Source: an uncultured Chloroflexota bacterium (GTDB lineage Bacteria > Chloroflexota > Dehalococcoidia > Lucifugimonadales > GCA-002694895). Taken from it: a DNA stretch of 47,383 nucleotides. Both the position numbers and the translations under genes were made by a program. Each line of letters starts with the position of its first letter. Positions within the stretch are counted from its first letter, which is position 1. Location of the stretch: assembly GCA_950054395.1 (NCBI GenBank), contig CATLOZ010000001.1, positions 1 through 47,383 of the forward strand, read 5' to 3'. The notes under the pieces were generated by a model. That model saw only the letters and a list, made by a program, of their open reading frames with translations. It was not told where the DNA came from and searched no databases. Below, one piece after another: positions 1-9,025 of the stretch.

Positions 1-996
1 CCCCCTGTTAATACTATATACAAAACAAAACCGGCTTTAAGCCCATACCAACCTCAACCTAGTAAAGAAAGAAAGAAATTTAAATTAATTGAACCAAAAC
101 AACCAAAGCTTGCAACAAAAAAAATAACAAAAAAAATAACAAATTCTAAACAAACAGAAGCAATAGCGCCAACATCATATCCATTAATTATAACTGGCTC
201 TAATGACAAAAATATTATATTTAAAAAATCACCCGAAAAAATAATTGCCTTTGATTCAGCTGCAGTTGAAATAATATATGAAATTGGAGCAGGAGATAAA
301 ATTATTGGGACACATTCATTTGTTAATTTCCCAGAAAGCACTAATGATATTGAAAAAGTCGGTGATTCATTTAATTTAAATATTGAATCAGTAATTAACT
401 TAGAACCAGACCTTTTTTATATTTTTTTTGAACAATATATTAATCAATTAGAAAACAATAATATCAAAGTGTTATATCAAAAATCACTGAATGGCAACTT
501 TGAATCTATTCCTACACGAATTCTTATGTGGGGGGAAATATTAAACAAAAATCAAGAAGCTTTCAATTCTGCCAATTTATTTAAAACAAGATTGAACAAT
601 ATAAAAATATTTTTCAACAATTACTCTAAAGGTCCTACTGTATTTTATGATACTGGATCATTATGGACTCCCGGGCACGATACACTGATTGGGCAAACAC
701 TTGATTTATTAAAATTACAAAACATAGCAAAAGATATATCTGGTTATAGGCAATACTCTAAAGAATTAATAATACATAAAGATCCTCAAATAATAATAAC
801 TTCCTCTCCTGAGTATTTTGCTAATTCTTCTGAATTTAAAAATTTAACAGCTGTAAAAAACAAAAGAATAATAACTATAAATCAAGAGTTATTATCCGTA
901 GCAGGCCCAAGATTTATAGAGGGAATAGAAGAATTAGGTGTAGCTATATATTCGCCTATTTTCAATAAAATATTATTATCAAACATAGATAAATAA
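1..996 (+). CDS. ABC transporter periplasmic substrate-binding protein, PF01497 (BtuF/FhuD/FecB-like) family; the 5' end lies outside the window
   Basis: Frame 1 is open from base 1; the ORF track only begins at an internal GTG at 469. Translation of 1-468 gives ...KIIAFDSAAVEIIYEIGAGDKIIGTHSF..., a typical N-lobe of this SBP class. FecCD permease and ATPase genes follow directly. Confidence 0.75.
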   Translation, partial: PPVNTIYKTKPALSPYQPQPSKERKKFKLIEPKQPKLATKKITKKITNSKQTEAIAPTSYPLIITGSNDKNIIFKKSPEKIIAFDSAAVEIIYEIGAGDKIIGTHSFVNFPESTNDIEKVGDSFNLNIESVINLEPDLFYIFFEQYINQLENNNIKVLYQKSLNGNFESIPTRILMWGEILNKNQEAFNSANLFKTRLNNIKIFFNNYSKGPTVFYDTGSLWTPGHDTLIGQTLDLLKLQNIAKDISGYRQYSKELIIHKDPQIIITSSPEYFANSSEFKNLTAVKNKRIITINQELLSVAGPRFIEGIEELGVAIYSPIFNKILLSNIDK

Positions 997-998
997 AA

Positions 999-2066
999 TT
1001 GAGTACAAAAACAAATATTAAAGAAATTATTTATATTAAAACAACAAGAAATTTTAAAAGCATTATAGTTTTAATTGTATTATTAATATTTATTTTTATA
1101 CTTTCTGTCTTTCTTGGCCCATCTAAAATAAATGCCTTTGAAATTATAAAAATAATAACTTCTAATATCTTTACAAATAAATCTGAATTTATTTTATCAA
1201 CTGCTGCTCATACAATTATTATTAATCTCAGAGTCCCAAGATCTTTATTGGCCATAACAACTGGAATTATTTTATCTAGCTCTGGAAGCACTTACCAAGC
1301 AATTTTTAAAAACCCTTTAGCTGACCCATATCTGCTTGGAGTTGGTACAGGCGCTGGATTAGGGGCAGTAATTGGCTTAACAATTTACCCCTCAAATATG
1401 TCGTTTGCAAATGTTGGAGCTGCTTTATTTGCTTTCACAGGGGGGTTGTTAGCTGTATTTTTAACCTATTATCTATCTAATTATTCAAAAAGTTTAAATC
1501 ACCTTTCATTAATCCTGGCAGGAGTGGCTATAACTTCTATTTTAGGAGCATTTACAACATTAATATTAATTACACAAAACCCTGAAATTAAACCCATACT
1601 AAGCTGGCTATTAGGAGGCTTTTCACTTGCATCATGGGAACATTTTAATATTGTCTTTTTTTCAGGGATGCCTTGTGTTATTTTGCTCTTTTCACAACAT
1701 AATAAAATTAACATATTAAATTTAGATTCAAAACAAGTAAAATCTCTCGGAATAAACGAAAGAAAAACTATAACTCTCCTGATTATTACTTCTACTTTAT
1801 CTGCCTCAATAGCTGTATCACAAACAGGGATCATAGGTTTTATTGGATTAGTTGCTCCTCATATTTCAAGAATGGCCTGGGGAACAAATCCAAAATATTT
1901 AATTCCCCAGGCCTCTTTAATTGGGGCTATAATTTTATTATCTTCAGACATAATAGCAAAAACAATATTATCTCCAACTGAAATTCCAGTAGGGCTAATA
2001 ACAGCATTTTTAGGCTTTCCTTTTTTTGTACATTTATTAAGAAAAGAAGGAAATATATATGGATAA
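999..2066 (+). CDS. FecCD/BtuC-family ABC importer permease (type II importer)
   Basis: 355 aa polytopic membrane protein with FecCD-like motifs (RVPRSLLAITTGIILSSSGSTYQAIFKNPLADPYLLGV, GIIGFIGLVAPHISR). TTG start 2 nt after the SBP stop. Confidence 0.85.
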   Translation: MSTKTNIKEIIYIKTTRNFKSIIVLIVLLIFIFILSVFLGPSKINAFEIIKIITSNIFTNKSEFILSTAAHTIIINLRVPRSLLAITTGIILSSSGSTYQAIFKNPLADPYLLGVGTGAGLGAVIGLTIYPSNMSFANVGAALFAFTGGLLAVFLTYYLSNYSKSLNHLSLILAGVAITSILGAFTTLILITQNPEIKPILSWLLGGFSLASWEHFNIVFFSGMPCVILLFSQHNKINILNLDSKQVKSLGINERKTITLLIITSTLSASIAVSQTGIIGFIGLVAPHISRMAWGTNPKYLIPQASLIGAIILLSSDIIAKTILSPTEIPVGLITAFLGFPFFVHLLRKEGNIYG

Positions 2067-2832
2067 AATATCATGTATTTCTCTAAACAAAACTTCATTA
2101 AGATTTAACAATTCTTCTTTCGAATTATTTGCAAATATAACAATTAAAGAAGGTGAAAAAATTTTACTGATTGGACCAAACGGAAGTGGAAAATCTTCAT
2201 TAATTCAATTAATTTCCGGCCATATTACTCCAAACAAAGGAGAAGTACTACTCAAAAATATGCACAAAACAAATAAAGAATCAAAAGAAATATCAGAATT
2301 AATATCTTATATGCCACAATCACCTTATCTGCCATTGCATTTTGATGTTTTTGATTTTGTAATAACAGGTCGTTTTTCCAACAATAACATCAAAACAAAT
2401 TTATCTGAAAATGATTATAAACTAACAATGCTAATTCTAAAAAAAATAAATTTATTTAATAAATGGGATTCTAAATTAGCTCATCTTTCTGGGGGGGAAA
2501 AACAATTAGCTTTGCTTGCTCATAATTTAATACAGAACAAGCCTATTCAATTGTTTGACGAACCAACATCAAACTTAGATCCATTTAATCAATCCGAAGT
2601 GATGAATTTAATCCTATATTCATCCTTAAACAAACCTATAACAACTATAGTTTCAACACATGATATAAATTTTGCATGGAAATTTAATAGAGTTATTATG
2701 ATAAAAAATGGTGTAATATTTAAAGATGGATCTCCTGATAAAATAATAACTACCAAAAATTTATCTTCTTTATATGAAAAAGAAATTAAAGTAAAAAAAA
2801 TAAATAATAAACATTTTGTATTAACACATTAA
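2059..2832 (+). CDS. ABC importer ATP-binding protein (FepC/BtuD-like)
   Basis: Walker A GPNGSGKSS, signature LSGGEKQ, Walker B LFDEPTSNLD. Overlaps the permease gene by 8 nt. Confidence 0.85.
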   Translation: MDKISCISLNKTSLRFNNSSFELFANITIKEGEKILLIGPNGSGKSSLIQLISGHITPNKGEVLLKNMHKTNKESKEISELISYMPQSPYLPLHFDVFDFVITGRFSNNNIKTNLSENDYKLTMLILKKINLFNKWDSKLAHLSGGEKQLALLAHNLIQNKPIQLFDEPTSNLDPFNQSEVMNLILYSSLNKPITTIVSTHDINFAWKFNRVIMIKNGVIFKDGSPDKIITTKNLSSLYEKEIKVKKINNKHFVLTH

Positions 2833-2849
2833 TAAAGTTTGCTACTTCA

Positions 2850-4172
2850 ATGAATTCAAAATACAATTCAAGTATAAAAAAACTGCTCTTAACAACGCCC
2901 ATAGATCGTAAATTATATTTATCAAAAAGAAAAATTAGAATTAAGAATATACTTAAAAATCTTGACCTAGATAAAAATCAAATACCCACGATTCATGTTG
3001 TAGGCACAAAGGGAAAAGGTAGTACCGCCGCAATAATATCAAGCATATTGAAAGAATCAAATTATACTACCGGCTTATTTACATCTCCTCATTTAACTAA
3101 AATAACAGAAAGAATTAGGATTAATTTTAAACCGATTACTCAAAATGATTTCTGTATTTCATTTAATAAAACCTGGAAAAAAATAAAATCAAAACATACA
3201 AATCTACTTGGGGGAACAAGTTTTTTTGAAGCAATCATGATTATTGCTCTTTGGCACTTTAAAAATAAAAAAACAAACATACAAATATTGGAAGCCGGAA
3301 TTGGAGGTAAACATGATTCGACAAATTTCATAAATCCCATATTAACCTTAATAACAAATATTAGCCTTGATCATCAAAAAACACTGGGAGACACCATTGA
3401 AAAAATATCACTTGATAAATCAGGGGCAATTAAAGAAAATATTCCGGTAATATCTGCTCCTCAAACAAAAACAGCCTTAAATATAATTAAAAAGAAAACA
3501 GAACAAACAAACTCTTCTTTAAATTACGTACCTAAATACATTAAAATTACATCTCGAAAAACAACTGATCGTTATCAATCTTTTACTGCAACTACGCAAA
3601 CAAATGAATACAATATAAAAACCTCTCTCTTAGGAAAATATCAGGTCGAAAATATTTCTTTATCAATCTTAGCTGCAGAAAAACTTGTTCAAAAAAATTA
3701 TAAAATTTCTAAACAAAACATTGAAAATGGAATAGCAAAAACAACATGGGATGGCAGATTACAAATAATAACAAAGCATAAAAACAAATATTTTATTGAT
3801 GGTGCGCATAATTTCCATTCTACAATCCGGCTAATTGAATCCTTAAAAGAAATAAACAAAAAAAAATTTATTTTAATTTTTGGAGTATCTTCAGGACATT
3901 TATACAAGAATAGCATTAAATCATTAGCATCAATTTCTAAAGAAATATACTTTGTTAAGTCTCGTCATCCTAAAGCTGTGCCAACATCAAATTTCACAAA
4001 AATTATCAACACTACAAAAACTACTTATTATAAATATCCCGATGTTAAATCAGCATTGATAAAATTAAACAATCAAAACGAGAACATTCTTATTACAGGA
4101 TCGCTAGCTATAGCAGGAGAAGCATTGGAATATTTAAATAATATAACCCCAGAATTATATCCTTATCTATAA
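2850..4172 (+). CDS. folC: Bifunctional folylpolyglutamate synthase / dihydrofolate synthase
   Basis: Mur-ligase P-loop HVVGTKGKGST; FolC-like layout (GLFTSPHL, SLDHQKTLG, DGAHN); 440 aa. Confidence 0.85.
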   Translation: MNSKYNSSIKKLLLTTPIDRKLYLSKRKIRIKNILKNLDLDKNQIPTIHVVGTKGKGSTAAIISSILKESNYTTGLFTSPHLTKITERIRINFKPITQNDFCISFNKTWKKIKSKHTNLLGGTSFFEAIMIIALWHFKNKKTNIQILEAGIGGKHDSTNFINPILTLITNISLDHQKTLGDTIEKISLDKSGAIKENIPVISAPQTKTALNIIKKKTEQTNSSLNYVPKYIKITSRKTTDRYQSFTATTQTNEYNIKTSLLGKYQVENISLSILAAEKLVQKNYKISKQNIENGIAKTTWDGRLQIITKHKNKYFIDGAHNFHSTIRLIESLKEINKKKFILIFGVSSGHLYKNSIKSLASISKEIYFVKSRHPKAVPTSNFTKIINTTKTTYYKYPDVKSALIKLNNQNENILITGSLAIAGEALEYLNNITPELYPYL

Positions 4173-4194
4173 CTAAATAATATAATTAATAACT

Positions 4195-5445
4195 ATGAAT
4201 AAACCATCTAAAATAAAAGCTTATGTTACTGGACTGGGCGTCATTTCTCCATTGGGGGAAGATATTAAAACATATTGGTCTAATCTTGTTTCAGGGAAAT
4301 CTGGGATTGGGCAAATTACACTATGTGATCCAAGTGAGTTCCCGTCCAAAATTGCAGGTGAAGTCAAAACCTTTCAACCTGAAAATTATATTGCCAAAAA
4401 AGAATTAAAAAGAATGGCAAGATTTTCTCAAATGGCAGTTGCTGCTTCTGCACTTGCAATTGAAAATTCCAACCTATCATTAACAACAGAAGAAAAAGAT
4501 TCAACAGCAGTAATAATTGGAAATGGAAACGGAGGATTTCCAGAACTTGAATATAATGCACGTTTACAAGTTACAAAAGGCGAGATGAAAATAAGCCCAT
4601 ATTTTATTCCTATGATTCTTCCAAACATGGCTGCAGCAAATATTTCAAGAATATTTGGATTTAAAGGATTTAGTTCAACTATTGTAACTGCTTGTGCTGC
4701 TAGCACTCAATCAATTGGTGATGCAGCCCAACTTATTAATATCGGTCTTTGTGATATAGTTTTAGCTGGAGGATGTGAAGCTGGGATAAGCAAACTTGGC
4801 CTAGGCGGGTTCAGTGCCTTAAGAGCCTTAAGCACAAATAATGATAATCCTGAAAAAGCTAGTCGCCCTTTTGATTTGCTAAGAGAAGGCTTTGTTCCTG
4901 CTGAAGGTGCAGGAATGCTCATTTTAGAATCAGAAGAACACGCATTAAAAAGAAATGCCAATATATTATGTGAAATAATTGGTATGGGAGTTTCTTCTGA
5001 TGCTTACCATCCCGTTCAACCTGATCCCGAAGGGACTGGAGCAACTTTAGCCATGCAAAGAGCTGTTAAAAATGCCAATATTAATATCGAAGATATTGAT
5101 TATATAAATGCTCACGGAACATCAACTCCTTTAAATGATGTATGTGAAACACTGGCAATTAAAAAAACATTTAAAGAAAAAGCATACGATATTCCTATTA
5201 GTTCAACTAAGTCTATGATCGGGCATGCATTAGGTGGCGCGGGCGCATTAGAAGCAATTGCTACTATATTGTCAATAATTAATCAAAAAGCTCACCCTAC
5301 AATTAATCTTGAAAACCCAGACCCTGAATGCGATTTAAATTATATCCCTAATAAATCTCAAAATTTGACAATTAATTATGCTATGTCAAATAATTTTGGT
5401 TTTGGGGGGCAAAATGCTAGTATTATTATTAAAAAAGCCAATTAA
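4195..5445 (+). CDS. fabF: 3-oxoacyl-ACP synthase II
   Basis: Active-site Cys context TACAAS, His motifs NAHGTSTP and GHALGGAG, C-terminal NNFGFGGQNAS; 416 aa. Confidence 0.9.
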   Translation: MNKPSKIKAYVTGLGVISPLGEDIKTYWSNLVSGKSGIGQITLCDPSEFPSKIAGEVKTFQPENYIAKKELKRMARFSQMAVAASALAIENSNLSLTTEEKDSTAVIIGNGNGGFPELEYNARLQVTKGEMKISPYFIPMILPNMAAANISRIFGFKGFSSTIVTACAASTQSIGDAAQLINIGLCDIVLAGGCEAGISKLGLGGFSALRALSTNNDNPEKASRPFDLLREGFVPAEGAGMLILESEEHALKRNANILCEIIGMGVSSDAYHPVQPDPEGTGATLAMQRAVKNANINIEDIDYINAHGTSTPLNDVCETLAIKKTFKEKAYDIPISSTKSMIGHALGGAGALEAIATILSIINQKAHPTINLENPDPECDLNYIPNKSQNLTINYAMSNNFGFGGQNASIIIKKAN

Positions 5446-5999
5446 TTCCATGGAATTAATTTAAGGTTCTCTATTTTTAACAACGAACTAAATTTATATC
5501 CGCATTTTTCAATATTTTCTTTTCCTCCTTCATCTCTGTCAACAACACAAATTATTCCAACAACCTTACATCCGTGATTTTCTAATGCTTTTGCAGCCAT
5601 TAAAACACTTTTTCCTGTAGTACAAGTATCATCAATAATAATTACTTTATCTTCTTCTTTAAACAAGCCCTCAATTTGCTTTTCAGCTCCATGTTTCTTA
5701 GTTTCTTTTCTTACTATAGCACCATGTAATTGGATATTGTTTTCCATTGCTTTCACTAATACCCCCCCTATTATCGGGTCAGCGCCAAGAGTGGGGCCAG
5801 CCAAAACATTGGCTTTTCTATCTTTAATTTCCTCCAAAATTTTGGAGGAAATTATTTCTAAACTTTCTGGAATTAAACTTATTATTCTTCCATCAAAATA
5901 AACATTGCTTTTTTTACCTGAAGAAAGTAAAAAATCCCCTATTTTAAATGCCCCGGACATTTCAGCAATTTCAATGAGTCTTTTTAATTTGTTTTTCAC
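5442..5999 (-). CDS. pyrE: Orotate phosphoribosyltransferase
   Basis: PRPP-binding loop VIIIDDTCTTGKS, RKETKKHG motif, FLLSSGKKSNVYFD N-terminus; 185 aa. Confidence 0.85.
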   Translation of the reverse strand: MKNKLKRLIEIAEMSGAFKIGDFLLSSGKKSNVYFDGRIISLIPESLEIISSKILEEIKDRKANVLAGPTLGADPIIGGVLVKAMENNIQLHGAIVRKETKKHGAEKQIEGLFKEEDKVIIIDDTCTTGKSVLMAAKALENHGCKVVGIICVVDRDEGGKENIEKCGYKFSSLLKIENLKLIPWN

Positions 6000-6607
6000 T
6001 ATATATAAATTCCGTTTTTTACTATATAAGTATATACATTTTTATTTAAATATTCTTGTTGGCTTTTATTTCTCTTAATTAAATTTCTTATTGATGTAGA
6101 TGAAATTTTTTCATCTATGTTCCGCAAAAATTGTACTTGTGCGTGGGGGTAAATTTTCAAAAGTTTATCCTTGACATTTTGATTAGATATATTATTTCTT
6201 GGAACGCAAACAATTTTTGAAGAACATAAAATATTAAGTGGGTTTTTCCACTTATCCATATTCATGACAGAATCAGCTCCCATAATAAAATAAAAATCGG
6301 CTTTTTTATTTTTATCTTTCAAATATTCTAATGTTTGATAAGAATACGATGGTGAATTCTTACTAATTTCAACATTTACCAAACAAATCTTTGCATGATT
6401 ATTTAAAGTAATTTCGGCCATTTTCTGCCGTTGTTGCCTGCTTGCAACAACATTATTCTTTTTCATCCATGAATCGCCTGAAACAACAACATAAAGAACA
6501 TTAAGGCCTAGCTGGCATATGCTTTCTTTGATAATTTTCAAATGCCCTCTGTGCATAGGGTCAAAAGTCCCCCCATAAACACCCTGTTTTAAATTAATTC
6601 CACTCAA
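5999..6607 (-). CDS. nadD: Nicotinate-nucleotide adenylyltransferase
   Basis: GGTFDPMHRGH (HxGH) and ISSTSIR motifs; 202 aa. Overlaps the obg C-terminal ORF by 14 nt. Confidence 0.85.
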   Translation of the reverse strand: MSGINLKQGVYGGTFDPMHRGHLKIIKESICQLGLNVLYVVVSGDSWMKKNNVVASRQQRQKMAEITLNNHAKICLVNVEISKNSPSYSYQTLEYLKDKNKKADFYFIMGADSVMNMDKWKNPLNILCSSKIVCVPRNNISNQNVKDKLLKIYPHAQVQFLRNIDEKISSTSIRNLIKRNKSQQEYLNKNVYTYIVKNGIYI

Positions 6608-6971
6608 GGGTTATGCTCCCTATTTTAACAACATCGCCTTCTTTCACGCCTTTCATTAAAAGCGTTTTTGCAATCCCTTTCTGATGCAACACTTTCATAA
6701 ACTGAGCCATCACATCCCATTTATTTAAATTTACTTTTTCTGCTATTCTTATAATTTGAGGGTGGATTATTTCAAACCCGTCCTTACTTTTAATTACATT
6801 TTCTTTTTCTTCGGGATTTATTTTTATAATATCTACATCAATGTTTTTTGGTTTTAATTTTATATCATCTAATAACACGTTCTCAATTGTTGTTTTTATT
6901 AATAAAATTTCTTTAACGCTTATTTGAGTTTGTTTTTCATCAATATTATTATGGGATTTTATTATAATCAA
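6594..6971 (-). CDS. obg: Obg C-terminal portion (end of G domain plus OCT/DUF1967 domain), separated from the N-terminal portion by one in-frame TAA
   Basis: The C-terminus FEIIHPQIIRIAEKV...GIAKTLLMKGVKEGDVVKIGSITLEWN is Obg OCT-like. It is in the same reading frame as 6993-7769, with only TAA plus 7 sense codons between the two ORFs. Confidence 0.7.
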   Translation of the reverse strand: MIIIKSHNNIDEKQTQISVKEILLIKTTIENVLLDDIKLKPKNIDVDIIKINPEEKENVIKSKDGFEIIHPQIIRIAEKVNLNKWDVMAQFMKVLHQKGIAKTLLMKGVKEGDVVKIGSITLEWN

Positions 6972-6992
6972 TGATTTGTTTTTTAATAAATT

Positions 6993-7769
6993 TTAGTTTT
7001 TTTCTTTTATTATTTCAATTGTATTATCATTCTCTCCTTCACATAAAAAAACTATAACATGTGCTCTTTCTATATGTTTTAAATATTTGAGTCCCAGGTT
7101 GTTTTTTTTATTTTCTATTCCGGGTATTTCAATTATCTTATATTCTTTCTTAACTGTTTCCAAAGTACCTGTTTCAATTCTGATTGTTGTATATGGATAA
7201 ATATTAATTTTAGGCCTGGCGTTCGTTATTTTTGATAAAAAAGTGGATTTTCCAGAATTTGGTCTTCCCACAATAGCTACATCAGATAAAATTAAATAAT
7301 TCATTTCTATTTCAAGTTGTTCTCCTTTTTCTCCTTTTTCTGCAAGCAGTGGATATTGAACTATAGAATTAGCTTTACCGGAATTTCCCTTTCCCCCCCT
7401 TCCCCCTTTTGCTATAAGTTTTTTTTGATTGTCGAAAATTTCAAACAATAATTTTTTTTCTTTATTTTCTTTATTTTCTTTTTTTAATATTTTTGTACCC
7501 AGTGGAACTGCGATATATTTATCTTTGCCTTTTTTCCCTTTTTTATTACCTGAGCTTCCTTCATAACCGTTATTAGCATTTATGATTTTTATATGATTGT
7601 AGTTAGTTAAGGATGTCGTATTTTTATCTCCAATAATATAAATACTACCTCCATGCCCCCCGTCACCACCGTCTGGACCACCCCTAGGTATAAATTTTTT
7701 ACGTATTCCACTTATGGCTCCATCGCCACCAGAACCAGCTAGTATTAATAATTTAATTTTATCTTTCAT
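6993..7769 (-). CDS. obg: Obg N-terminal portion (glycine-rich Obg fold plus G1-G3 of the GTPase domain)
   Basis: GGDGAISGIRKKFIPRGGPDGGDGGHGGSIY Obg fold; G1 GRPNSGKST; G2 YPYTT; G3 appears as EIPG. Ends at TAA 6993-6995, inside the G domain and before G4. Confidence 0.75.
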   Translation of the reverse strand: MKDKIKLLILAGSGGDGAISGIRKKFIPRGGPDGGDGGHGGSIYIIGDKNTTSLTNYNHIKIINANNGYEGSSGNKKGKKGKDKYIAVPLGTKILKKENKENKEKKLLFEIFDNQKKLIAKGGRGGKGNSGKANSIVQYPLLAEKGEKGEQLEIEMNYLILSDVAIVGRPNSGKSTFLSKITNARPKINIYPYTTIRIETGTLETVKKEYKIIEIPGIENKKNNLGLKYLKHIERAHVIVFLCEGENDNTIEIIKEKN

Positions 7770-7951
7770 TATTTAAAAATAATAATAAGTAAGTGTATAA
7801 GTTGAAATATATATATAATAACAGGGTTTATATTAAAAATTTTATGTTTAATGTTTGTGGATAACATATATTTATATTGTTATTATTTTTATTAAAAAAA
7901 AACAAAACAAATATAAACAATAGTTATTAACATTTATATATATAATAAAGT

Positions 7952-9025
7952 ATGTTAGATTTTGGATTTAATTCAGACTTAATAATTTCTCTTTTTTTAG
8001 TTGCGGGATCTTTTTTATTGGCTTTAATTTTAGAGCTTATAGGTGATTTTGTTTTTAAAGCTGGTAAAAATAAAAACGCATCTCTTTTATACAGAATTGC
8101 TTATAACCTGAAAGGACCATTGGTTGTTTTTTTTATTGTATCGGGGTTTTTGTGGTCAATTTCTTTGCTGGATATTGTGGCAGGAGATTTGGTTTTAAAA
8201 GGTGCTGACAGAAAATGGCTAAATGATTTTTTACTGACAACATGGGGTGTTTTCGTTATAGTAATTTCAACTATATCGTTCTCAAGAATAACGGGTGTTT
8301 TTTTAGACTGGTATTCAAGGAAAATTTTAAAAAAAACCAGAACAGAATTAGATGACAAGTTGGTTCCCCCTTTAAAAAGAATTTTGCCAATAATTATTTA
8401 TGTCTTAGGAGCTCTTAAGCTACTTGGATATTTTGGTTTTTCCATAAGCCCAATTTTGGCGGGATTGGGGATTGGTGGTATAGCAGTTGCTCTTGCTGTT
8501 CAGCCAACGCTTAGTAATTTTTTTGCTGGAACATATGTTTTAACAGAAGGGGCATTGAAAGAAGGAGACTTTATAGAAATAGAAGGAGGTATTGCGGGAT
8601 ATGTTTCTTCTGTTGGGTGGAGAAGCACAAAAATAAGAGACAGGTTTAATAACCTGGTGCTAATTCCAAATTCTAAAATGGCTGAAAGTGTGGTGACTAA
8701 TTTTTATAGCCCGGAAACTGCAATAAATATATTAATAACTTCAGGCGTTGCTTATGAAGAAAACTTAGAAAATGTAGAAGTTATTGTAAAAGACACTTTA
8801 CAGCAACTATTATCTGTTTCTGAAAATGTTGCTAACAATTCACAACCTCGGTTTGGTTTTGAAGAATTTGGTGATTCAAACATTAATTTTTGGATTTTTA
8901 TGCAGGCTAAAGATTGGGCGGCTTCGTTTCAATTAAAAAGTGAAATTATCAAAGCTGTTCACAGCAGCTTTGCTCAAAAAGGAATTACAATTAATTATCC
9001 TACTAGAAGAATAATTAAAGATTAA
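7952..9025 (+). CDS. Small-conductance mechanosensitive channel (MscS family)
   Basis: N-terminal TM helices followed by the MscS core GGIAVALAVQPTLSNFFAGTYVL...GDFIEI...GYVSSVGWRSTKIRDRFNNLVLIPNSKM. Confidence 0.85.
   Translation: MLDFGFNSDLIISLFLVAGSFLLALILELIGDFVFKAGKNKNASLLYRIAYNLKGPLVVFFIVSGFLWSISLLDIVAGDLVLKGADRKWLNDFLLTTWGVFVIVISTISFSRITGVFLDWYSRKILKKTRTELDDKLVPPLKRILPIIIYVLGALKLLGYFGFSISPILAGLGIGGIAVALAVQPTLSNFFAGTYVLTEGALKEGDFIEIEGGIAGYVSSVGWRSTKIRDRFNNLVLIPNSKMAESVVTNFYSPETAINILITSGVAYEENLENVEVIVKDTLQQLLSVSENVANNSQPRFGFEEFGDSNINFWIFMQAKDWAASFQLKSEIIKAVHSSFAQKGITINYPTRRIIKD

Noticed and set aside
6993-6995. The idea that the in-frame TAA in obg reflects a reassigned stop codon (alternative genetic code).
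   Set aside because: TAA terminates many well-delimited conserved genes in this window at their expected lengths (for example folC, fabF, lysS and pstB). TAG and TGA are also used as stops (the MFS gene ends in TAG, pstS in TGA). No other conserved gene shows internal stops.
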